From the NCBI GenBank assembly GCA_016839365.1, contig JAEOUH010000017.1, positions 1 through 26,898 of the forward strand: a stretch of DNA of 26,898 nucleotides. The letters are read 5' to 3'. Under the pieces are notes generated by a model. That model worked only from the letters and a program-made list of their open reading frames with translations. It searched no databases and was not told where the DNA came from. Position 1 is the stretch's first letter. Every line of letters begins with the position of its first letter. Positions 8,645 through 17,750 of this stretch are shown one piece after another. The stretch is from Candidatus Hermodarchaeota archaeon. GTDB lineage: Archaea > Asgardarchaeota > Hermodarchaeia > Hermodarchaeales > Hermodarchaeaceae. A program made the translations under genes and the position numbers.

Positions 8645-11089
8645 GTGGCAAAGACCTCGAAAAAGAAAATACAGAAATCTCAACCCAAGAAGCCTCGCCG
8701 TAAACCCGCAACCAAATCATCTGGCAAGACGGCATTGTTTCTGTGCCACTGTGGGTCAAATATCGACAGTATTGTAGATATCGATGCACTAATCAAACAT
8801 TACAAAAAGCTGCCCAACCTGGTTGTAGTGGATGATGCCCATTTTTGTGTTGAACAGGGACTGAACCAAATTCGTGACACTATCCGCAAGGAGAAGGTGA
8901 CTCACGTCGTGGTTGCAGCCTGCTCACCTCGGTTACATGGAGAACTCATGAGCCAGACTGTCGAAGAAGTAGGATTGAATCGGGGACATCTCGCCATTGC
9001 CAATATCCGGGAACAGTGTAGTTGGGTTCACTGGGATAATCCCGTTGCAGCCACCGCTAAAGCACAACTGATGATCGATGCGGCGTTGACAATGGCTCAG
9101 CACGGGTTTGCTATTAGCTCGATTAGCGTTCCGATTACGAGACGTGTACTTGTCATAGGTGGGGGACCTGCTGGGTTAACCTCCGCACTACAACTTGCAG
9201 ATGCAGGATATGAAGTGGTACTCGTTGAGAAGAGTGGATTTCTAGGAGGACACATGGCTAAGTGGGACAAACTGTTCCCCAGTCTTGATTGCAGCCTCTG
9301 CATCCTCGGACCCCTTATGACCCAAGTGGGTACTCATCCTAAAATCAAGGTCCTCACACTCAGCGAGGTTACCGGGGTTCAAGGCACGCCTGGAGCATAT
9401 CAGGTCAAAGTTCATCAGGAACCCCGATATGTGGACCTGGAGACCTGCAATGGGTGTAATAAATGTCTAGAAATTTGTCCCATCGAGGAGCCCAATGAAT
9501 ACAATTATGGCATTGGAACACGGCGGGCGATTATACGCCCTTATCCGAATACAGTACCCCTCGCACCCTATATTGACATGAATACATGTGTAGGATGCCA
9601 GTCCTGTGTTGGCGTGTGCGAGAAAGAATCCATCCGGTTTGAAGACTCTGACCGCGACCATATCTTCAAGGTTGGGGCAATCATCGTTGCCACAGGATTT
9701 ACACCTTATAATCCCCAAAATCTCAAGGAATACGGGTATGAGCAGTATCCTGATGTTATTACCGCACCTGAACTCGAAAGACTATTGGATCCAATTGGAC
9801 CCTCCAATGGCGTCATTGTCCGACCCTCTACAGGAGATCCACCCAAACGCATTGCATTTGTCCAATGTGTAGGCAGCCGAGATATTCGGATTGACCGTCC
9901 TTATTGTAGTCGAATCTGCTGCACATACGCTGTTAAAGAAGCAGTCCAGCTCCGCCTCTCACAACCTGATACCGAAGTTTTCGTTTTCTATACGGATATG
10001 CGAACCTTCGGGAAAGGATTCGAGGAACTGTATGAAAGAGCTGCACGTGAATACGGCATCACCTTTATTCGTGGTCGTGTGGCAGAAATTGAGGAAGATC
10101 CCCAAACTCATAAACTTCATATCCGGGCTGAAGATACTGAACTTTGCGAGCCCATCGAGTTTCCTGCCGACCTTATCGTGTTGAGTGTCGGAGTTGATCC
10201 AGCACCTTCCAACGTGAAGTTGGCGACTTTACTCAACATCCCCCTTGATGAGAATAATTTCTTCTTAGAAAAACATCCCAAGCTTAATCCTACAGGTACC
10301 TATTCTTCGGGTATCTTTTTGGCAGGTACATCGCAAGGTCCAAAGGATATTGCAGATACCGTTGCGCACGCGGGGTTGGCAGCGGCCCAGGTTTCCGCTC
10401 TTCTGAACCGACGGAAAATCGAATTGGAAGTATATGCTCCTGTAGTAGACGAAACGTTGTGTGAAAGTTGCCGACTTTGCGAAAAGACCTGCGATGCCAA
10501 TGCCATCTCCTTTGAAAGTTCCGAAACTCCCCAAATCGATGAAATTGCTTGTACTGGTTGCGGGGCGTGTGTCGCCGCTTGTCCCACAGCCGCCTTGGAT
10601 CTGCCAGGATTCACGCGTCAGCAACTCCTTTCAGCGGTTGATGTAGCTTGTCAGAACAATTCATTGCACCCCGTTATCATTGGCTTCCTTTGCAACTGGT
10701 GTGCGTATGCTGCGGCGGATAGCGCCGGTGTCAACCGAATACGGTATCCTCCGCAAATGATTCCGATTCGTGTACCGTGTACAAGCCGCCTTGATCCGTT
10801 GCTAGTCCTAGAAAGCTTCAGTCAAGGAGCGGATGGTGTAGCAATCCTCGGTTGTCATGAAACCGATTGCCATTACCGCACGGGTATGACCAAAGCGAAG
10901 GCCCGAATTGATAAACTGCGTCCCTTGCTTGAAGAAATGGGGATTAACAGTGATCGAATCCTCTTTGCTAGTACAGCTGCATCCGAAGGAGCCAGGCTTG
11001 CTGAACTGGTTTCTGATTTTGTCAAATCTATTGCAGACATTGGTCCTCTCGGATCCGAATTGACAGTTACGACAAAAACCCGTCAATAA
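8645..11089 (+). CDS. hdrA: Heterodisulfide reductase subunit A fused to an MvhD domain
   Basis: CHCGSNI, AACSP, NIREQCSWVH, VIGGGPAG (FAD), FPSLDCSLC, inserted and C-terminal ferredoxins, QCVGSRD, YCSRICC..A.K, GPKDI. C-terminal MvhD from about 10670: IGFLCNWCAY, IRVPC, GADGV, GC...CHY. Start may be 8621, 8633 or 8645 (GGTGA precedes 8645). Confidence 0.95.
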   Translation: MAKTSKKKIQKSQPKKPRRKPATKSSGKTALFLCHCGSNIDSIVDIDALIKHYKKLPNLVVVDDAHFCVEQGLNQIRDTIRKEKVTHVVVAACSPRLHGELMSQTVEEVGLNRGHLAIANIREQCSWVHWDNPVAATAKAQLMIDAALTMAQHGFAISSISVPITRRVLVIGGGPAGLTSALQLADAGYEVVLVEKSGFLGGHMAKWDKLFPSLDCSLCILGPLMTQVGTHPKIKVLTLSEVTGVQGTPGAYQVKVHQEPRYVDLETCNGCNKCLEICPIEEPNEYNYGIGTRRAIIRPYPNTVPLAPYIDMNTCVGCQSCVGVCEKESIRFEDSDRDHIFKVGAIIVATGFTPYNPQNLKEYGYEQYPDVITAPELERLLDPIGPSNGVIVRPSTGDPPKRIAFVQCVGSRDIRIDRPYCSRICCTYAVKEAVQLRLSQPDTEVFVFYTDMRTFGKGFEELYERAAREYGITFIRGRVAEIEEDPQTHKLHIRAEDTELCEPIEFPADLIVLSVGVDPAPSNVKLATLLNIPLDENNFFLEKHPKLNPTGTYSSGIFLAGTSQGPKDIADTVAHAGLAAAQVSALLNRRKIELEVYAPVVDETLCESCRLCEKTCDANAISFESSETPQIDEIACTGCGACVAACPTAALDLPGFTRQQLLSAVDVACQNNSLHPVIIGFLCNWCAYAAADSAGVNRIRYPPQMIPIRVPCTSRLDPLLVLESFSQGADGVAILGCHETDCHYRTGMTKAKARIDKLRPLLEEMGINSDRILFASTAASEGARLAELVSDFVKSIADIGPLGSELTVTTKTRQ

Positions 11090-11155
11090 TGGAATCCAAT
11101 ATCATTAAAGTTTTAAATCAATCTTCGTTCACAGATACACAAGTAACTTTGAGAG

Positions 11156-12862
11156 TTGGAATGCGTGCGGAGGTTGAAATATCTACTCACCATTTGGTTG
11201 CTTTTATCAAGCCTTGCATTAAGCCTCGTTTCACCCAGTGCGATACAGCCAACACCAGTCAATAACCCAAGTAGCAGTCTCGTGAGTTCAGACCAAATCT
11301 GGAACGTGACTGAGGATTTAGGAATAGGGCAAAACATCTTCCATTCAGTTATTGCCTGTAGCGATGGTGGCTATCTAGCCACGGGGACCGGTATTTTTCA
11401 GAGTCGCTGGTCTATCTTTTTAATGCGGTTAGGAGAGAATGGAGAGGTCGTATGGCGCAGATTTTTCCAGGAATATATCTCGCAGGGCGGAATGGAGGTT
11501 GTTGAATGTCAATCAGGTGGATTTGCTGTAGTTGGCTACACCACCTCAAATAATCATGATGTCCTGCTCCTTCGTACTGATGAGGAAGGGCAAACCATGT
11601 GGTATCGAACTTATGGTGGAGTATCTTCTTATGAACAAGGAATGGCATTAGTTGAATGTCAGAACGATGGATTCGCATTAGCTGGATTTCAACGAAATTA
11701 TGGCAGTGATGATTCTGATTATTTCCTCGTCCGCACTGACGAAGAAGGCACCCAAGTCTGGAACAGAACCTATGGTGGAAATGCTCCTGATATCTGTTAT
11801 TCTCTTATCGAATCGCCTAGCCGATATTTCTATTTAGCAGGTTCAACTGAAAGTTTTGGTGAAGGGGAGGAAGACGCTTGGATCGTAGCGACCTATGGAA
11901 GCGGAAAAGAAGTATTTAACCGCACTCTTGGTGGCTCTATGACTGATATATGTCATGATATCATCGATTCAGGAGCAGAAAGGTATGCATTTGTTGGTAA
12001 TACTGCAAATTCCCCGAACATGATCGCCGATGGCTTTGTAGCTACACTTCATGGGAATGGCACTATTCTTTGGGAGACAACCTTTGGTGGTGTATTATTT
12101 GATAGCGGTTATGCAATTGCAAAATGCCAAGATGGGGGGTATGCGATAACAGGACAAACCTTTGACAGCTCAGGATCGACTAATCTGTTGCTTATCCGGA
12201 TAACCAGTGAAGGTGAATATCAGTGGATGAAGAGTTATGGAGCAGACAACGATGATGAAGGTCGATCCATAGTCCAAGCCGCGAATGGAGATTTCATCAT
12301 TGTAGGTTTGACGGATGAACACATTGAGGACTTCTATAATTCACACTCGATGGCTTTCGCATTACGAGTCCCCGATATTAGTCCGGAATATATTCCAACA
12401 CCTGAATATGGTCCACCAGATTTTGGGTTAATTAGTACTGGGGGTGGTCTTGCCATTCTCATGCTTCTTGGGGCCTACTTGATGCTAATACGCAGTCGAA
12501 GAGAGATCAGACAAAGTTGGGTTAAACCGAAACGCCGAGTAATCAAAAGGTCATTCTCAACCCCATGGTTACTTGATGAGTTGTCAGCTGTCTTGCGTGG
12601 TGAAATCCGTTGTTTGAAATGTAATGAACTTAACCCAAAGTCTAATCTTCGTTGTATTAAATGCACCAGTCATCTACATTGTTGCATATTTTGTGGCCAA
12701 ATCATCGCCCAAGGGAATGAAGTCCTTTTCTGCCCGAAGTGTAAGGTTCTAGCTCATTCCAATCATATGCTTGAATGGTTAGCGAAACGAAATTATTGTC
12801 CAAGTTGCGGCTATCGTTTCAAAAGTCAAAAAATTCTCAAAAGGGGAGACCAACCAGTGTGA
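11156..12862 (+). CDS. Single-pass membrane protein: signal peptide, beta-propeller repeats, TM helix, zinc ribbon and RING-variant finger
   Basis: About 7 repeats of W.RTYGG...D.G......C.DGG(F/Y)A..G; Pro-rich stalk; TM GLAILMLLGAYLMLI followed by RSRR; CLKC/CIKC; CIFC-x11-CPKC-x4-HSNH-x2-EW-x6-CPSC. Start uncertain (11156, 11165 or 11174). Confidence 0.85.
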   Translation: MECVRRLKYLLTIWLLLSSLALSLVSPSAIQPTPVNNPSSSLVSSDQIWNVTEDLGIGQNIFHSVIACSDGGYLATGTGIFQSRWSIFLMRLGENGEVVWRRFFQEYISQGGMEVVECQSGGFAVVGYTTSNNHDVLLLRTDEEGQTMWYRTYGGVSSYEQGMALVECQNDGFALAGFQRNYGSDDSDYFLVRTDEEGTQVWNRTYGGNAPDICYSLIESPSRYFYLAGSTESFGEGEEDAWIVATYGSGKEVFNRTLGGSMTDICHDIIDSGAERYAFVGNTANSPNMIADGFVATLHGNGTILWETTFGGVLFDSGYAIAKCQDGGYAITGQTFDSSGSTNLLLIRITSEGEYQWMKSYGADNDDEGRSIVQAANGDFIIVGLTDEHIEDFYNSHSMAFALRVPDISPEYIPTPEYGPPDFGLISTGGGLAILMLLGAYLMLIRSRREIRQSWVKPKRRVIKRSFSTPWLLDELSAVLRGEIRCLKCNELNPKSNLRCIKCTSHLHCCIFCGQIIAQGNEVLFCPKCKVLAHSNHMLEWLAKRNYCPSCGYRFKSQKILKRGDQPV

Positions 12863-12940
12863 GAAGAGCCTCAGAACAAAACGATTTTTAATCTACGGTC
12901 AACAGACAGTAGCCAAACTGTATGCTGAGGTATCGGTCGA

Positions 12941-14314
12941 TTGCCAAAAATCACCGGGCTGCTTCTTGGTCTGCTCCTCACGCCATTTAGCATTCCCCTT
13001 ATCCTCTTTCAACCTTTGAATTATGAGTCAGCCGTTGCACAACCACGATTAACTAGCAATCTGGAACGTGAGAATGACTTTCGATGGGTGCAATTTTTTG
13101 ATAATATAACTGCCAGACATCCCAGATCCATTTCTGAATGCCAAACAGGGGGGTTTGTCATTACAGGTTTCGTTGTGGAATCAGAGATTGGTCTCGGTGA
13201 TGAACATGCATGGATGGCTAGAATCAATGCAGTTGGGGAAATCATCTGGGAACACGATTACGCATCTGGACACCGTGGTTGGGGACAAGTTGTTATTGAA
13301 TGCGAAAACGGTGATTTTGTAGTGGCTGGAGGTGTGGATGATGAATTCTCGAATGTTCTTATTTTTCGAACTGACCGATGGGGAAACCTTCTATGGCAAC
13401 GGATTCTAGCCTTTACGGAGCATCAAGAAGGTTATGCAGTAACAGAATTACCAAGCGGGCTCTTGGTCGTGTGCGGATGGGCTTGGCACTATCGACCGAC
13501 CAATCCTATTGACGGATTGGTTATTTGTCTTAATGCTAGTGGCCAACTAATCTGGCATCGAGAATATGGTGGTCTTGGGGACGACTACCTATATTCTATT
13601 GCTAGGGATTCAAGTCAGGGATTGACCTTTGTTGGCTCGTCAGAGAGCTTCTCAGATAGCTCGATTAGAATGTGGGCAATGAATACTGATTTTGATGGAA
13701 CGCTAAAATGGGAACGGACATTTGGGTACTCAATGTATAGTCGGGGCAATAGCATTATCACAACAAGTGAGGGTGAATTGACCATGGCAGGTGTTATGCA
13801 GGATATGGGGGCTGGTCGGTTGGGTTCTTATATCGTTCATACAGCCCCGGATGGCTCGGAGTTATGGGAGCAGCAACTGGATTTAGGCACAGATAATGTC
13901 GCCCATTGTATCACGTCTTGTAGGGATGGTGGCTATGCAATGATCGGTGCTGTATCTCATTCAGAAAATAATCCCTGGCATGATATCATTGTTGTTCGAT
14001 TTGATCGAGATGGAAACATCCTTTGGCGAAAGGTCTATGGAGGAGAAGGAAATGATATTGGGGTATCGATAGTAGAGTGTCGTGAGGGGGATTTGGTATT
14101 TGCGGGTTCCACTTCTAGTTATGGATATTTGAGTGGAACAACTTGGCTCACCCAAATTCCAGATGCGCCACCACCACTCGTCGATCTGAGACGGGTGGAC
14201 TTGCTCATAACCCTGTTTGGATTGACTCTTGCTTTGATTGTTCTTGCGGTAACGGGTGGCATCTATCTTGTTAGCCGCAGAGAGATAAAACATCGTATTC
14301 GAGATTGTGCCTAG
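12941..14314 (+). CDS. Membrane-anchored beta-propeller protein, paralogue of the upstream gene lacking a cytoplasmic domain
   Basis: Hydrophobic N-terminus, the same W...YGG / EC..G repeats, IPDAPPP stalk, C-terminal TM followed by SRREI. Confidence 0.85.
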   Translation: MPKITGLLLGLLLTPFSIPLILFQPLNYESAVAQPRLTSNLERENDFRWVQFFDNITARHPRSISECQTGGFVITGFVVESEIGLGDEHAWMARINAVGEIIWEHDYASGHRGWGQVVIECENGDFVVAGGVDDEFSNVLIFRTDRWGNLLWQRILAFTEHQEGYAVTELPSGLLVVCGWAWHYRPTNPIDGLVICLNASGQLIWHREYGGLGDDYLYSIARDSSQGLTFVGSSESFSDSSIRMWAMNTDFDGTLKWERTFGYSMYSRGNSIITTSEGELTMAGVMQDMGAGRLGSYIVHTAPDGSELWEQQLDLGTDNVAHCITSCRDGGYAMIGAVSHSENNPWHDIIVVRFDRDGNILWRKVYGGEGNDIGVSIVECREGDLVFAGSTSSYGYLSGTTWLTQIPDAPPPLVDLRRVDLLITLFGLTLALIVLAVTGGIYLVSRREIKHRIRDCA

Positions 14315-14380
14315 GACGGTAACAAGCATTATAGGCGAAGATTCCGAAAGCTAGTATAGCAGTTTTTAGAGACTAATCCT

Positions 14381-15823
14381 ATGACAAAGGCTCAACGAGA
14401 TCGAATAACTGTGGGAGAACGCCCAAAGGTAACTAGTGAAGTCTTAGATGATACCAATATCCGGTACAATTGGAAAACATCACTGCTAAATAAAAACCTC
14501 AAATATGATCTGTCCCGCTGTGTTGGTTGCAGTCTCTGTCTGCCCTGTCCCTGGGATGCTATCACCTTGGGACCAGTGCAGGAAATTGCCGCAGGACGCC
14601 TTGAAGAAGCACCTCTCATTCTCATCGATGAGGATAAATGCACTTTCTGTGGCTTATGCGATTCTGCCTGCCTTTTTAATGCGATTGAGGCGCGATTTGA
14701 TGATATCCCTGCCGATCGACAATTTTTACGATTGAAAGGGAAACATGAACTCGATAAAGAGAAATGTGCCCCCTGTGTTTTGTGTGCCAAAGTCTGTCCC
14801 CGAAACGCTATCACCGTGGACCTCAAAGTTACTCCTAAAACCAAACTGGTCAGTTATAAGGATTCCAAGGCTGCCAGACGAGTGGCTGAGGGAAAACCAG
14901 ATGCCAAAGGAACCATTGCCATCGATGAGGACAAATGCACATGGTGTGGCTTATGTGAATTGTTGTGTTCTGAATGCGTCACTATCTACTGGTCAGAGGA
15001 CAAGCCAAAACCTCCCGAATTCGCACCTGCCGTTGGCATACGAGTTGACAAAACACACTGCGATTACTGTGGGCTGTGTGAGAAGATTTGTCCTTCCGAT
15101 GCCGTGAAGGTTAACTGTGAAAGCACACCTTCTCGGACAATCAAGGATCCCGAAGTCGAGGGAACTATGACCATTGATGACGGGCTTTGTGTTGACTGTA
15201 CACTATGTGCTGAAAAATGTCCCTATGAAGCCTTGGAGGTCACGTTACCACTTACCGGTGATATTGAGATTCAAAACCTTGAGAAATGTGATCCCACAGG
15301 GTGCGTTAATTGTTTTAACATATGCCCCACTAAGGCCATTTATCCGACCGGTGATAAGGATAAAATTGCCATCAACAAAGATATCTGTGTCTTCTGTGGG
15401 GCTTGTGAAAATGCCTGTCCTGAACAGGTCCTTAAAATTACGCGAGACAGTTATAAACTCTCTCAAATTGAGAAAGCCCGTGATTGGGAACGAGCACGAG
15501 CACATATGTTCTATGACCACTTGATTGGGTTAACTGCTCCACGAAACGATATTTATGAACGTGTTATCAAAGTAGCTCCCACCCAACACGAAACTGCCTT
15601 GCAAACAAAATCAGACCAGTGGTCAGAACACAACGTTAGTCGTACACAGGCCCAAGCACGAATTCAGAAACTACAAGAGATTATTCGGAAAAATTGGCGG
15701 TTACGTTTACTTTTCGAGCGAGGTCGCGTCGATCCTTTATGCGCAGCTGTCAAAGACGAGGCGCAAAAAAAACCAAGTTTAGGAGCTAGTGGAAAAGCTA
15801 CTTCAAAAAATCAGCCCCGTTAG
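14381..15823 (+). CDS. fwdF: Polyferredoxin, FwdF/FmdF-like
   Basis: Eight CxxCxxCxxxC-type motifs (two slightly irregular: CVGCSLCLPCP and CDPTGCVNCFNICP); fwd/hdrA context. Confidence 0.85.
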   Translation: MTKAQRDRITVGERPKVTSEVLDDTNIRYNWKTSLLNKNLKYDLSRCVGCSLCLPCPWDAITLGPVQEIAAGRLEEAPLILIDEDKCTFCGLCDSACLFNAIEARFDDIPADRQFLRLKGKHELDKEKCAPCVLCAKVCPRNAITVDLKVTPKTKLVSYKDSKAARRVAEGKPDAKGTIAIDEDKCTWCGLCELLCSECVTIYWSEDKPKPPEFAPAVGIRVDKTHCDYCGLCEKICPSDAVKVNCESTPSRTIKDPEVEGTMTIDDGLCVDCTLCAEKCPYEALEVTLPLTGDIEIQNLEKCDPTGCVNCFNICPTKAIYPTGDKDKIAINKDICVFCGACENACPEQVLKITRDSYKLSQIEKARDWERARAHMFYDHLIGLTAPRNDIYERVIKVAPTQHETALQTKSDQWSEHNVSRTQAQARIQKLQEIIRKNWRLRLLFERGRVDPLCAAVKDEAQKKPSLGASGKATSKNQPR

Positions 15824-16197
15824 AGTAATTGGTCAATGGGTGTAATAGGCTCTGTGCTTGGTTTGATGGTAACCTCGGTGCCCTGACTTGCCATCATTCT
15901 TTCAATGAGTGCATAGGCCCAAGGGCTAGGCTGCATTACGGCCATACCCGCAGGTTGATCGGATTGAATCTCAGCAACCACAACCACACTACCTGTATCA
16001 GACTTTACCAAAACGTGATTTCCCTCCTTGAGGTTCAATCGTTGGGCATCACGTAGCGCAATTCGTATCCGAGCACTCACTTGCTGATACTCTTTTGAGA
16101 GGCTTCCAAACCCTGCCTGTGCTTCATCAACATCCAAGGCTCGCGCAAGAATAAGTATCACCTCAAGATGTGGGTAAAGGAAATCACGAAGGGCCAT
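15820..16197 (-). CDS. fwdD: FwdD-like molybdopterin dinucleotide-binding-domain protein, divergent
   Basis: DAQRLNLKEGNHVLVKSDTGSVVVVA...PAGMAVM..SPWA; 125 aa length is typical of FwdD. Confidence 0.78.
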   Translation of the reverse strand: MALRDFLYPHLEVILILARALDVDEAQAGFGSLSKEYQQVSARIRIALRDAQRLNLKEGNHVLVKSDTGSVVVVAEIQSDQPAGMAVMQPSPWAYALIERMMASQGTEVTIKPSTEPITPIDQLL

Positions 16198-16329
16198 CTG
16201 GTCTCACTGCCTTACAAAAAGGACATTCACTCCTATTTGTTCTTTCCTTAACCAAAACATAAAACATAATAGGCTTTTCACCGTCAGCCAAATTACGAAA
16301 ACAAGTTTCTACGAAAGAGATGAAGCAGT

Positions 16330-17025
16330 GTGGCCTACGATATTGCTCGATCCAGCATATCCTACATGACTTATACTCTTATTCTACTCAATACTGTCAT
16401 ATTCATCCTCGTCTATGCTGTCGAGATACAAACTGGCTATCCTGTTATCACCTACATGTTCGCCCTGATTCCTTCAGTTATCGTTTCTGGACAAAATCTT
16501 CACACACTGATCACAAGCCAATTCCTTCATGCCGATTTCTTCCATTTGTTAATCAATATGTACTTCCTTTTCATCTTCGGACAAGTGGTAGAGCGTGAAA
16601 TGCACCCCTTTACTTATGTGGCTCTCTATCTCTTTGCAGGGATTATTGGAGGATTAGGACATGTCCTCATAATGTTTACAATTAGTTCTGCAGTGAATCC
16701 TTGGGGGATTTCTATCCCGACCATCGGAGCTTCTGGAGCTATCTTTGGAATAATGGCTGCTTATGCATATTTGCTTCCTCGTCGCCCCATTGGCATTTCC
16801 GGGGATGCTGGACGTACAGCCGGTGCCTGGAACATTATCATCATCTACTTTGCCATCGAAGTGATCATGATGTTTTTAGCTTTTGGCACAGGTGTCGCTC
16901 ATGGGGCTCATGTGTTTGGGTTTGTTGGAGGCTTCCTATTCGCGTTTAGTTATCGACGCATTCGAGTCTGGAGAAATCGATCCAAACCAGGAAGTGAGTT
17001 TGACCCCTATGAGTATTATGTATGA
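16330..17025 (+). CDS. Rhomboid intramembrane serine protease
   Basis: TSQFLHADFFHLLINM, catalytic GASG, AHGAH..G; multiple TM helices. Confidence 0.94.
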   Translation: MAYDIARSSISYMTYTLILLNTVIFILVYAVEIQTGYPVITYMFALIPSVIVSGQNLHTLITSQFLHADFFHLLINMYFLFIFGQVVEREMHPFTYVALYLFAGIIGGLGHVLIMFTISSAVNPWGISIPTIGASGAIFGIMAAYAYLLPRRPIGISGDAGRTAGAWNIIIIYFAIEVIMMFLAFGTGVAHGAHVFGFVGGFLFAFSYRRIRVWRNRSKPGSEFDPYEYYV

Positions 17026-17048
17026 AAGATTGGTTCGTGGGTTGAGGA

Positions 17049-17729
17049 ATGTCTGAACCGGAAATTGTTGCCTTTATTCCCATCCGATTTCTTCCTTCTA
17101 CTAAAAACAGGTTAGCACGCAGTTTGGATGTTCAACAACGACAGGACCTTGTAGAGTCCATGCTCTTTGATGTTCTCAAGGCCACTAGCGAATCTGATCT
17201 TATAACCCGAACAATCATCGTTACCTACGATGACAAGTTCCTCACTTCGTTTACTCGCTCCAGCTTTGAAATCTATAAGAGTAGCACGCAGGGCCTTAAT
17301 GAAGAACTAACTGAATGTCTTGAACATTGTAATCAAAGAAGCTCAGGCTATAGTATCATCATTCTAGGGGATTTACCGCTTTTATCAAGCAAAGTTCTGG
17401 ATAATCTCATTTGGACTGGCCTTCGAACAGCTCGCCCGGTTATCGCAAAGGATTGGAAAGGCGTGGGAACAAATATTCTCTTCTTCAAGTATCCCCGGAG
17501 GTTTCAATTTTGCTTTGGGGAGAGAAGCCTTCAAGAGCATTTACGTGAGTTCGAAGCTCACAGCTTAAATCCGATTATCTACTATTCCATTGAAACGGCG
17601 TTGGATATCGATGATATTAGTGCAATCGAACAGCTCATGAAGTTAGCTCAACTTGATGAAACCATCCAGCAAACGAAAACCTTCGCACATCTAGAGCTTG
17701 AAATAAAAAGAAAGGGTAAGGTGGCATAA
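17049..17729 (+). CDS. cofC: 2-phospho-L-lactate/PEP guanylyltransferase (F420 biosynthesis)
   Basis: IP......KNRLA, M..DVL.A, GLNE, GDLPLL, G.GTN, FG..S...H and ALDID motifs. Confidence 0.9.
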   Translation: MSEPEIVAFIPIRFLPSTKNRLARSLDVQQRQDLVESMLFDVLKATSESDLITRTIIVTYDDKFLTSFTRSSFEIYKSSTQGLNEELTECLEHCNQRSSGYSIIILGDLPLLSSKVLDNLIWTGLRTARPVIAKDWKGVGTNILFFKYPRRFQFCFGERSLQEHLREFEAHSLNPIIYYSIETALDIDDISAIEQLMKLAQLDETIQQTKTFAHLELEIKRKGKVA

Positions 17730-17743
17730 CATTTCTGCCACCT
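17719..17743. terminator. Inverted repeat between the convergent cofC and MFS genes
   Basis: AGGTGGCA-N9-TGCCACCT, a perfect 8-bp stem spanning the cofC stop. Confidence 0.45.
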
Positions 17744-17750
17744 ATGGGAT

